Assembly: GCA_949290565.1 (NCBI GenBank)
Contig: CASESH010000004.1
Coordinates: 9,877-73,876, forward strand
DNA: 64,000 bases
Direction: 5' to 3'
DNA from: an uncultured Christensenella sp.
GTDB lineage: Bacteria > Bacillota > Clostridia > Christensenellales > UBA1242
Below the pieces are notes generated by a model that did no database searches, was not told the DNA's origin, and saw only the letters and a program-made list of their open reading frames with translations. Below, one piece after another: positions 38,601 to 41,641 of this stretch (positions are counted from its first letter, which is position 1; each line of letters opens with the position of its first letter). The translations under genes were made by a program, and so were the position numbers.

Positions 38601-41518
38601 GAGAAATTAAAGGAAATACAAATAAAGATGAAAATGAAAATAATTCACAGGATGAAGATGTAGAAATTAAGGAAAGTTATCCAAAAGCAGCAAATGTACA
38701 AGGTGAAGTTGTAGGTGGCCTTGTAGGTTATATGGAAGCAGGTACTATAAATGATGGATATGTACAAAATGTTACTTTACTTGAAAATGGTAAGTATGCC
38801 GGTGGAATTGTGGGTACATTTAAAGGTGGTACAATTAATAAGGTTAGAAGTAAACAAGATGAAGAAGGAAATATAACTGCTAAGGTTAGTGCAACTAAAA
38901 ATACTTATGGTGCGATGGGTGGAGTGATTGGAAATCTTGAAATAGATACAACTTTAACTCCTGTATATATTGCAAATACAATAACTGGTTTGCCTGTTGA
39001 AAATGGTTTATATGCAGGTGGTTTAATTGGACACGCTAATACAAAAGTAGCAATAACTAACGATAATATGAAAGCAAAAGTTACAACAATTTCAGGTTCT
39101 TATTATGCTGGTGGTATATTTGGCTGGGTTTCAAATGGAACAATAGAAGTTAGTTTAAATAGTAATACTAATATTGAATCTGCAACTTATGGTGGAGGTA
39201 TTATCGGTTATATTGGTAGAGGTACAAATGATGAGCAATCATCTTCAAGTGTAATAATTAATTCACCTACAAATGTTACAGAAGTTAGCGTTCCACTTTC
39301 ACAATATCAACTTTCTATTAATGCTGGAACAATTGGTGGTTATGTTGGTTTTGTTGATAACACAGAGGTTCAATTTGATAATAATCAATATATTATAAGA
39401 GGTACATTTAAGAACTGTATAGTGTTTGGTGGTATTGTTGGAGAAACTAGTTATAGTTGTATTCAAAGTAAAGCAAATGGTTTAACTACTACTTCTACAA
39501 ATATTGAAAAGAGAAATGTTTATTTTGTTATAGAAATTGATTCAAGTAGAATGAATACTTTTGGTGGAATTGTTGGTTATTCTGAAAAGTCATTAATTGA
39601 AGGATTTAAAATAACATTTAGCAATTTATCTGACCCTATACTTCCTGGTGGAGATAATCCGTTATATTCAATTATTAATTTTGTAAATATTGCAAATGAT
39701 ATAGTAGTTGGTGGAATAGTTGCTACGGCAAATTACTCAACAATTAATAGTTGTGAAAGTGCACTCTCTTTTAGTTCGTATATAACTTCCGCATCTGCCC
39801 TTGCAAGAGTTGATATGGGTGGAATTGTTGGTTTTGCAAAATCATCTTCAATTATAGACAGTATAAATAAAGTACCAATTTACAGTACGAATATGAAATC
39901 TAATGTAGGTGGAATAGTGGGTGTTATCAATACAGGTTACATTCTAGATTGTAGTAATGAAGGTGATATAAAATTATTACAAAATATAGTTGCAGATGGA
40001 GAAAATGTTAGTGCAACATTAAATGTTGTAAAAGCTTGGGCAATGTCTGATGGTAGTAAAAACTTTGTATTTAGTGGAACTGTTGTGGAAGAAGGTGGAG
40101 AAAATGATTCTCCAACAACTACTGCTGAGACTAATGATAATGTTTCTAATCCAAATGATAATTATCTTTTCTTCTCTCAAAATTATACTGGTGGCGTTGG
40201 TGGTATTGCTGGTTATGCCTATTCTGATATTGATTTTGAAGGTGTTATTGTCGAAAAAGAAGATGAGCCTGACGATGAGCCTGCTCAAATTATAAATGAT
40301 TCGCAACTTCCAGATGGAGGAGACGATTCACAAACTGATAACCTACAATTTGTAAAAATTAGAGCAGGTAATACAGGTACTATTTATGGATATTATTTCT
40401 ATGGTAGGTCAGAAACAGATGGTAAATATGATTATAATAAAGAATTAAGTTATATTGACCCTAATGATGATTCAAAAAGTGATTATTCATATTTTGAAAA
40501 TGCTTTTGACCATAGAGGTTTGATTTTAGGTTATGCAGGAGGAGATATTCTTTCAACTGATAATTCTAAAATTACAATTCAAGATACTACTAATTATCAA
40601 TCTTCTTCAGGTACGACAAATTATCTTTCAAGTTATGATACAAATGACCATATTCAACTTGTAGATAATACTACTGATACCGGTGATGATAGTGGAGAGG
40701 GAGAAGATGGACAAGATAGCGATACTCCTGGAACTGTAACTATTAATTGGGCTGAGAGACATGATGTATTAACTAACCAATATTCTTATATTTATGAATT
40801 AAGTTACGTTGTTACCAACTTTACTTGTCAAGAGGAATCAGGTCAATATGTAGAAACTTCTCAACCAGAAGTTAAAAAGTATAAATATGTTGCTGAAAGT
40901 GAAGAAACTGTAAAACAATTAACATTAAATTCATATGAAGAATTTGAAAATTATAAGACTAAAATTAATGGTATTTTAAATCTTCCTGATTCAGAGAGTA
41001 AAAATCATTCAGTTCATAGTTTAGAGTTTAATTATGAAGAAGAACATACAAGTCAAGAAGACTATTCTACAACTAGTATCACTTTGAAAGTTTATGAGTT
41101 ACATAGAACCTATATTGCTATTTCACTTGTAGATGATTATAAGCAGGTTTATGGATTTAGTTTTACTGGTAGTAGAGTTGCAAATAATGTTGATACTTAC
41201 ATGTCTGAACTTTCCTTTAAAGCAAATTTAGTTTTAATTAATCTAACTGAAAAATATATTGGAGAAGTGGTTGATGATAAGACAACTTTAATTCCTAACA
41301 AATTACCTCCTGAACCTGTTGAAGAAGATGATACAGGTTCCGGAAGTGGGTCATCTACTACAAGTTTAAATTTGAATAAGCATAATTTAGTGGAAAAGTT
41401 AAACAATATTACTACTCCACTTAAAGAGTCCAAAGGTTTGTTAGATTCTACTAACGTTTTAAACAATAATTTATTCTTAGTTGAAAATCAATTATTTGGA
41501 AAGTTTTATCACTTTTAA
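17615..41518 (+). CDS. Giant surface lipoprotein (7,967 aa): Ig-like regions alternating with at least six GLUG-type parallel beta-helix modules
   Basis: Uninterrupted 23,904-nt ORF in AT-rich DNA. RBS TAGGTGA sits 7 nt before the ATG. Lipobox LLVGC. Big_2-like segments are present. By eye there are more than 60 rungs of the form GG[ILV][VAI]Gx(3)Gx[IL]x[NDS][SC][YF]. Module N-caps recur (..EEL..I......YIL.NDI.L......PI..F.G.F.GNG.TI.NL.I), as do C-caps (W......YP.L). Confidence 0.9.
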   Translation: MKKFILFLSVFMITLATLLVGCAKDKYGDLKITVTSVISSDGDRLSPNEEDGFYYVEVGQTFTISCDVSSSTPITKYLNFVSENSSVLHFEKTAENSRSAVFTANAYTVDEPVGIKISSKETLTNAITLNFMIVAPVTEITTPDNLVLDSKNPLNIKENVVFKSSYLQNNSLQVNNSEKKLTYTLNSIIVNNQTYSLVLRDDNWYDIIGFDGATVFPNGKENAFTIQNDTLIVADDVYGNLLLDVKSYRYVENIEETFDDSLTEIDKNNLIQANNKLINKNVSINILQPLKITDFTISSGQISFENIGQDGLEKIKLTSILYDNRSTDSYNVSGTNYNYNLETLNIFISNLDKDFYTIKFFDIDGNQIKENSTGVLKLSENNPTQLNANKVGTEYVDIVVSYNTANNISYSFSELYKEYLQDNGLQLEDNLNRLQFNVQSLANNIELYIDDSLTSVDSNGEVEIFDKYAETKNLGTKFEIKFSNITGVDKENKKVKVYLESSNVLDLTKYLEIYDASNGSTISRITIESEVTDGKTYYYFIRDLDLNQSVFYMKATDADILNSFNIRVENLLQTNILDRNNESILNNLTNAEDSFSIVVKKGVSIVEAKIVNDQNFYNIATNKDAGQDENELFYSKLVLDLSNNSTLVALMFDYGLEGELNLSSYNSSAIKIEKVDNANIYFSENATASNLSISAVYKITGLKEITNSRVTFTADNGYSISFIVDVVKQVKQVNYNFYEYYDGSITQNLYDEENYVSIKKDQSFNFNFIPSTLNVTESASSGIINYSYSVENEEIAYVADNSIGKITAISEGISTVSLYVEYYSFNLVNGYNQWTKTAFTESFDLEVFVPAKDINVNQNTITSFNYNDLPSEYSSNSQIQISVNIDNNATISNLERYADKISFRFKDQENFLNTVKENNEIIANTVLKSDQESLVTYVYVTVDEFGIEHNFECKIEITRPVKINEIDLRIIDGFNKQVKIDETNNNVDGTIRVGKDEILNAITLINPENPLIDEFVVTIYDELIIPDGADYDIIEFNSKNDNLRFNFNADEQIAGEDGIFYVIVNAKDSLEIFYDSDNQPYYEFTKSYVLRVIIEDGIKNSYGISNQEELIAINQDPSKNYILENDIVLSGDFTPIQNFTGVFNGNGFTISNLNISSTSAHLMDDINQTYNVGLFASLNNKADTYGVIYDLNLQVNNINLTSNINALQVNVGGLVGNNNGLIINSSVNIKNIYVNLPNAQVNVGGLVGLNTNNIFNFAFDSLYNYETDADLISKEFVILNNSKINNLILGNTLSDSSIENAISKKYVKGNIAVYDSLASSANIGGIVGRNDFVVNGFYGLYARYTSTNNNYIVTYQSQYVDSDVLINVNNGELVNENSTVGGIAGLNNKNLFNLSSQGKIGNFDFNTNTLASSTYKNVGGIVGSTLGNIQNVLSSVYVRGQENIGGIAGKVVGSSSLETVLNKSKVESYDCSNDLSNTIIVGKNNVGGIAGFSSYGYLTESYFYGYSDKFDTSYINNGDIFVVNQDGNEYAGGLIGFAEQSSINNSFAIANIKSIVDSLNIRGLSGSSVKAGNDVFYFGVVNISGKNDVENILGALSCDYYFVFDYNDSFDNFVLVKSYGDTTNDIENANITFEYLDGDNLVSIYKYSDILRDMPVDIVVSGNGSGVENANNEIVLEFKTGDIKNNFYAYQISQGEEIVNVLLVNLIEKNSIMNIGDLFNISSTPNSISLNLIVESSNNKIVSVNDDGSLTFKNYGEVILTFTVKENLLVSSQVKVIINESFDNLMLSSNHNFANSYFDSTESNVSKVRTGFEFNIISQLSKNVGGTTFEIENANFYDIDFNISYKSDAIGTYSEAVLGRDYEIVNQYNNVLVAKFIVNGYFKFDVSISFQDEDGNIYRIKDNSWVFYLLSFSGAVDISFAESEIWIKTNETYESLTVNLGVDNGAERPELTIQLQLPSNEKIILNATVADEVYTFNHNNSPFIITVSNLNNSIENVYSYNLSISVKQEFEKIDEAQEYFLVVYDKAELLIDDGAGVQINLIPALLEKIDLVHYAYTQKSSTLINNTNTSIDGNEESTYFYSYSQNSSDMIYAGMGGLLVIQLYPYYSDIISVNIKSSLNGTGGDISFIQLAKVRDANKNSSGGYDEYFVVAPSPIKNLDGSYSLNLVSSMPNTRIVFDGNNNASLEGDGKYAFNEEPNYPNYGMLFVRTIAPTDLSKNDSFTITVSVTYSSINDNKQIVETTKVESKTLEVKDIPGMSMTLSHNGVERNVIAYTGSNGESASQPDWIDITTQVDSGINSTISYTYLSKNDGNVQGSDYVNIVQKDSNNYELRLGSKAVVGDIITLTMEVQLIYDDRIVIQKASTQTITVVDVVIESLSLYGINENNQLILGVSSAMQIRAKINGFGLQSAIESVEQEISRSVYNSSGSALYWFAKDEDSQNYITLNSQNIADKLPFNVKQLPNSIDGNFEVSVNGITYVLNYNTIYLEGMINSGSASLLLNCSYEYRNAELYLIPNYSSETAFSNSFYFDVLIVKGEGDENLTAIENETDFKTKMYEGGDYILMNDITLTNYVPIEANFSSFDGNNKIITINSFYYNVQQTGKDKQINLGLFSTVSDQTTIKNVIVALPDDKNSNNNYPYMDLSTYTSITYGGIASINNGLITNSEVITIDKIKDNSTNVGYSFNIKTSPTATVNVGLVVGINNGIITNSRVGRETVQVLQSLDNDSAIVNLKNLDSVLDKTAIYVNGAGNVAGFVAVNNGTISSSYAKNIQLETFIDEGGHENLKTAGFVIENNGYIYGSYASGWEENTRDAVVSDTSLIIDSENRKLGGGIFTNSTIAGFVHQNNNYIEDSYSNINISGSYVFAAKTSKILNENSQNTTGFISSAGGAGFVYKASEKSYITTSYSLSKIKADNTLGLFAGNLNYSSEDDNELGTMSDCYALKEIGESFVVYDVDGVTVLYDQSESSVEGDYNTDINQFADENSFNNFSFDTNVEDFSSFDGISSGGVWAMYRGENNSAYPELISANTIAISCRVINFDKDGNEYYTYVDGYDYGSINNPYLISNASEYNDLFSDYNYGEGFNQNIASKFTKSIRLINHINFANLPVYSTSVEYTSIVGEETTIFDGNYLSMYNIFLSDSNEVKDSFGLFRNVYNAGIKNLSLGISSIIAGNTTSVGALAGVIVDSNISNISLFACSTTTDVNGEIRGNNYVGALAGIITSSDNGEFYFVSRIKSNLLVKGSTSDTGISSSIKNSFDIWEDIKPITVASGTSYIGGNLRLNELNKSNYYAGGIAGVIDLRQRQELSETVIISDYNVSNIHVGAFYQNTSVNTTSNSYGDVGVMSVYAGGLFGYIGEETFLTKSQFIVSQNSSISAKEIAGGIAGVNFGMISKSYVSYNPKTMRVIDSDFINYVNGANYVSQPNTSLFSKDIENYQPKYIGGIVGLNSGDDTTGSGSIIDCYNRVDVKNPYSLGVGGIVGASYIGEISNVYTTASLYGNFELRKLSNGTTVEADDVYVGAIIGKIMKDSENYFSSSITAEQKELNLFNIVAVNLWDINDFESIFNFVNTKDGYVGALYGFYENGADSTGIVRISQSSNIYVQNYILNGYTNQYLSTIDSSEDFNKYDYNSYETSGKTTYIQLWGSAYETRTEGSTAPTPSDDPDNIDDYLSQYFSQNKDARIEPHDFRITFKDNVIETGTISASARILKETYFNELNWLPVTWDHSIVNLLPLLSYGYMSSIIEIRTAEDFFTELSAKDNGDKTFIVMNDIDFSDYPSIEPIMQEFNGTLLGMDISYEINGIRYTRKPILFNLNLVNDAVDKSGYAIFNNAVNATFADLNFVINNYDVQFTKDDATTQAGILVASAESTTFRNINIYNSLIDEAVIQSLSTTNLSGTYLVGMGIQYENLVAVGYSPKSFLVTSDNYGNTYNYEYSTNENVYNLVKEIIVEGSSTADKVILVTSENNIKTNASIFGAIVGNVNGEVNVENSSSNIDVEVTYDKYKNTVYVGGLIGKGTGSIIKSIVQSNFLVKSSYQITGGINRHVDTIYLGGIAGSFQGKMEDIYSTNSTFVLGTSSEDLIVSNNTSNSYSDVGVYVGGIVGKFAEYRTSSNSTIGTAENIYISDISISLYVSGHVTVGAFVGKNQGIVTNVFVRQSKNPKVLNSGLATNTDIIKNVISLKLDSLSSNYYIGGVIGEATSANISSVYSNIAIQISMIKFNNLAIGGIIGQLSTTAILTDVVSDSEIINIERLENYSSSSLYAGGIVGRATNSLSLDGVISTTNIKTSQEERMYIGGLVGYAYSVSLKDCITLGDIQLNRGMGDSSDSYFYKGAIQNNENGISVGAYYIGGAVGIIENTFSVVSDSSLNNGVLVGTSIKDYAIAQKINVNISSVLGGQLSDAIFAGSLDKVYYNENLSLVSNYNLKNSTQNSNNEKDGKRAFTAVNQNYLEKIFFDIIDTFSIKSSNFVTYVDVLKYDSNYKSNLFENLVFYSVEKVTSGSSTQENVILTLFDGSKLKPYNFTDSTNLKSNKYYILTQEVVINSPIVTSETNWFINAQGFSINLSNPNQAVFDTITENSALVGMILVVNIKNVNRSNYATIANNNYGFVFACSVGGEVSISKTYGNSSTFINSNYGVINKCLSAVNISTMSGVGFVFYNGKSTNSSYIGNIYDCSFTGSVNSLAGSSSSNKFSGFVFETDYGVISNSYTMADIQNANSSNIYPMVVSSQKSGKNFYRAFYDYVAYLGNNDTVSIKDVVGEEGYISSQGIYAWTTAFTGDISISQNSSNLSIKIEVISDLFNTYWIGISTKTVLVDFISRMNIENVNDLQYVDTTWFNYGYALKDYRNNVLIKDEEIDQLNIDSIVSKFFNMLYTGNGLSYDQDLEDETNILKTVTFIDMPYMIKHGGILESFVIENSNSEHVRYRFYKFVKDIDLRKYQDVTYWSLSWDLKNTSFVGHLDGNNKTVKNMFSTNGLLRVLPDSTKISLSPEVNYTTYTDEYNIVTVIRNNVVKNIVFENCISKTGLLAGYAVNSNVSAISVATGATTNYVYNGDLFDLYTKQPIAVFNTDRPDDKTLPHTIFDLDVIKNTINSIVYETIIENQVSVGSQSENVLVRESQTITFKGLNGVSGSNSSFAGGIIGYMNSGYLLLDSINGGLSVMVKQKGYIDVSAQNETDYKLDTSNSFVGGVVGILQEGYISRNTVKDYIVIDSINVSASQDKNARIQSHSYVGGVAGYVGNNATIEYIQISSDDTSSQNEQLKLILNSDYAVGGIAGLVNGGWIDYCQYNYADGDGLRLGYAYWDKNDSSGNTQANLIFNNFSSVSDNEYSYDSINLDEKIFGFEFFVGGIAGIVTKGDITNCSFTSRAMNSINIENIVGLFTIVGGGIIGDAYAYLNKISNSSNNVKDDIIIENCSFLGQFSIKGYQEIVVGGIVGRMRGGEIINCNSGKNTNSNGDQNIDVDKNSKISAHTKSIESSGGATLNILNNYFATSGSNRNLFLRILDSYATFISSSTFADFKSNRYNKVMGQINSTDNTFNFDFEKLVGMYGQGYTVAGGIIGRLINGEVGVINVNLDNQNNNDENNLQNKVTNNAVINVYGDSGGGIAGEIFVTRTDELTALANVHIKNAYNYGHVEVYGTPALSVNGEGDLDYDDCLEDLWNGEVLDGNSIFGLSLPEVSAGTNFDFAVGFESMFKFSVMMNDASAGGIVGNIVVTGTSSKDKNHVLIEDCLSGDVHVGSLLATFSGGIVGISSGEYSKLNNSVIVQNCNSSSTNRGFILRSFAGGIVGYLKNTTVKYCTYESRMMDTLFSVIEEGDDGKSFVDNLKSTFSDFASLESYVSVPYIHGGIVGYMESGFVNTCNTELLSTILAVRIAGGIVGVAGGGIIKSDSVMYNGALVITLFNGVAGGIVAVLDGAELITIGENLSISAIVKNIVTNMPDIIETCGKVDSIEDFFDAFLTVILDACNNSTDKDKMKGFMINLPTIVSGYVSGGIVGYYQSSVNTQISGMINLSSVVSSLFSYFDSSFFMGLYTKLENELKDIYNRIETGIKEDIWPKLLEVWSTVSNYVTNESFLKYILGSDYDFEAGFEIGGQKYPILDVFAGLSIKSLATLLKLVADFDIDGYSFSEYFTGIIINKYEWVNSYDSDLGGNVSQLKYQKNIRIIENEQSNSYSTDIRLNDLVEKSDSFNPEDFATTSSDAVGMMGSSGGIIGFINSKNSSTLVISSTVNYGFNLTTNWTGLDKVLDYLNTRISSSGFAGGLVGCIYDESNQVDITFSSNMAIVYGKSAGGILGYGGPNAQITSVRDEGDILVDVVVNMVAGNELYGAVSNNGEIYGTLFAGGIAGYADGLQINSQKIDNLFAPNSIGVYAEWSRTYKPGIEINPNYETIESDKIKGNWSQGIGDINFLSGIFSIVNSGTVRGTMFTGGIVGFMGGNTGIYMANVSKNVFSSIMQSFTLNFDFTFALEGVYVGGIAGYMQSGKISSTCYVGTNSKLNNLHLVSLPANQYVPSQSKIQSQTLSQSLLAIQDSRNAYLSASTSRSAQQIIDANNMFGGYAGGVVGFYVNGEVGGDYIKVKGETQTEIVGVVNVNQGVKFGLTDNAISPFSGGVIGYYNYTATERAPVYAQINSSVSNAYFVGGLMGQTKEGATLDFNMDANKNNKENQNAQDGSNIPTPYYSSISVSVANGQQSSDEDETIKGAEGSFVGGIIGYAKNCKISNIFMSGNITSEGAKNTIGGIVGLMDGGTITNAYVGRLDSNGAVYTNSEYPVIKITEEKNKDDEKVNIWQTYDDIEMINTRYALGVVGGIVGMIVSTSDNTLDTKISNVTMFGGIQGGVFSGGIVGWLGNNAVVENVTNLGSVEDALYSGGIVGRLDGGELISGYVSHNSENEHIVYGDNNKFKLVNGDTSENYKLTISGKYGAGGLVGVLSDIIVTDSKSILSGGDASSEYITLTSSLEQDDNKNNNNESEEEEETPVQEETRIGIGGIVGAMLGGEIKGNTNKDENENNSQDEDVEIKESYPKAANVQGEVVGGLVGYMEAGTINDGYVQNVTLLENGKYAGGIVGTFKGGTINKVRSKQDEEGNITAKVSATKNTYGAMGGVIGNLEIDTTLTPVYIANTITGLPVENGLYAGGLIGHANTKVAITNDNMKAKVTTISGSYYAGGIFGWVSNGTIEVSLNSNTNIESATYGGGIIGYIGRGTNDEQSSSSVIINSPTNVTEVSVPLSQYQLSINAGTIGGYVGFVDNTEVQFDNNQYIIRGTFKNCIVFGGIVGETSYSCIQSKANGLTTTSTNIEKRNVYFVIEIDSSRMNTFGGIVGYSEKSLIEGFKITFSNLSDPILPGGDNPLYSIINFVNIANDIVVGGIVATANYSTINSCESALSFSSYITSASALARVDMGGIVGFAKSSSIIDSINKVPIYSTNMKSNVGGIVGVINTGYILDCSNEGDIKLLQNIVADGENVSATLNVVKAWAMSDGSKNFVFSGTVVEEGGENDSPTTTAETNDNVSNPNDNYLFFSQNYTGGVGGIAGYAYSDIDFEGVIVEKEDEPDDEPAQIINDSQLPDGGDDSQTDNLQFVKIRAGNTGTIYGYYFYGRSETDGKYDYNKELSYIDPNDDSKSDYSYFENAFDHRGLILGYAGGDILSTDNSKITIQDTTNYQSSSGTTNYLSSYDTNDHIQLVDNTTDTGDDSGEGEDGQDSDTPGTVTINWAERHDVLTNQYSYIYELSYVVTNFTCQEESGQYVETSQPEVKKYKYVAESEETVKQLTLNSYEEFENYKTKINGILNLPDSESKNHSVHSLEFNYEEEHTSQEDYSTTSITLKVYELHRTYIAISLVDDYKQVYGFSFTGSRVANNVDTYMSELSFKANLVLINLTEKYIGEVVDDKTTLIPNKLPPEPVEEDDTGSGSGSSTTSLNLNKHNLVEKLNNITTPLKESKGLLDSTNVLNNNLFLVENQLFGKFYHF
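20921..22330 (+). repeat. Giant 1 beta-helix module 1a (GLUG-type rungs)
   Basis: N-cap ISNQEELIAINQDPSKNYILENDIVLSGDFTPIQNFTGVFNGNGFTISNLNI. The rungs are NVGGLVGNNNG, NVGGLVGLNTN, NIGGIVGRNDF, TVGGIAGLNNK, NVGGIVGSTLG, NIGGIAGKVVG, NVGGIAGFSSY and YAGGLIGFAEQ. Boundaries are approximate. Confidence 0.6.
22800..22950 (+). other. Example Big_2-like Ig domain segment in a giant 1 spacer
   Basis: LNLIVESSNNKIVSVNDDGSLTFKNYGEVILTFTVKENLLVSSQVKVII follows the bacterial Ig-like group 2 pattern (S.N..IA.V...G.vta...G.a.ItA). Confidence 0.5.
25247..26700 (+). repeat. Giant 1 beta-helix module 1b (variant [AG]GFV..NNG rungs)
   Basis: N-cap IENETDFKTKMYEGGDYILMNDITLTNYVPIEANFSSFDGNNKIITI. The rungs are YGGIASINNGLITNS, VGLVVGINNGIITNS, VAGFVAVNNGTISSSY, TAGFVIENNGYIYGSY, IAGFVHQNNNYIEDSY and GAGFVYKASEKSYITTSY. 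C-cap GGVWAMYRGENNSAYPELI. Confidence 0.6.
26798..28830 (+). repeat. Giant 1 beta-helix module 1c
   Basis: N-cap PYLISNASEYNDLFSD...IFDGNYLSMYNIFL. Rungs include VGALAGVIVDS, YVGALAGIITS, YAGGIAGVIDL, YAGGLFGYIGE, IAGGIAGVNFG, YIGGIVGLNSG and VGGIVGASYIG. C-cap NWLPVTWDHSIVNLLPLL. Confidence 0.55.
28847..30870 (+). repeat. Giant 1 beta-helix module 1d
   Basis: N-cap IRTAEDFFTELSAKDNGDKTFIVMNDIDFSDYPSIEPIMQEFNGTLLG. The rungs are YVGGLIGKGTG, YLGGIAGSFQG, YVGGIVGKFAE, YIGGVIGEATS, AIGGIIGQLST, YAGGIVGRATN, YIGGLVGYAYS and YIGGAVGIIEN. Confidence 0.55.
31205..32140 (+). repeat. Giant 1 short beta-helix module (GFV-variant rungs)
   Basis: KYYILTQEVVINSPIVTSETNWFINAQGFSINLSN, then YGFVFACSVGGEVS, SGVGFVFYNGKS and FSGFVFETDYGVISNSY. 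The C-cap-like sequence is VDTTWFNYGYAL. Confidence 0.45.
32398..40250 (+). repeat. Giant 1 mega beta-helix module 1e (about 2,600 aa of near-continuous GLUG-type rungs)
   Basis: N-cap-like FVKDIDLRKYQDVTYWSLSWDLKNTSFVGHLDGNNKTVKNMFS. More than 40 rungs follow, from SFAGGIIGYMNS (about 33010) to TGGVGGIAGYAYS (about 40200). They are interrupted only by short loops, acidic patches and one non-repeat insert of about 280 aa (35380-36230). Confidence 0.6.
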
Positions 41519-41572
41519 AAGGAATTTGGGTGGATTCCTTAAAATGGTGGAAAATAAAAAGGGTATTGAAAA

Positions 41573-41641
41573 ATGAAGAAAATTATAAATTTTATTTTAT
41601 TTATTTCTTTGTCTATTTTAACTTTTGTTTTTGTAGGCTGT
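41573..41641 (+). other. Lipoprotein signal peptide of giant protein 2 (lipobox F-V-G-C, Cys23)
   Basis: MKKIINFILFISLSILTFVFVG|C. The Cys codon TGT is at 41639-41641. Confidence 0.8.
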
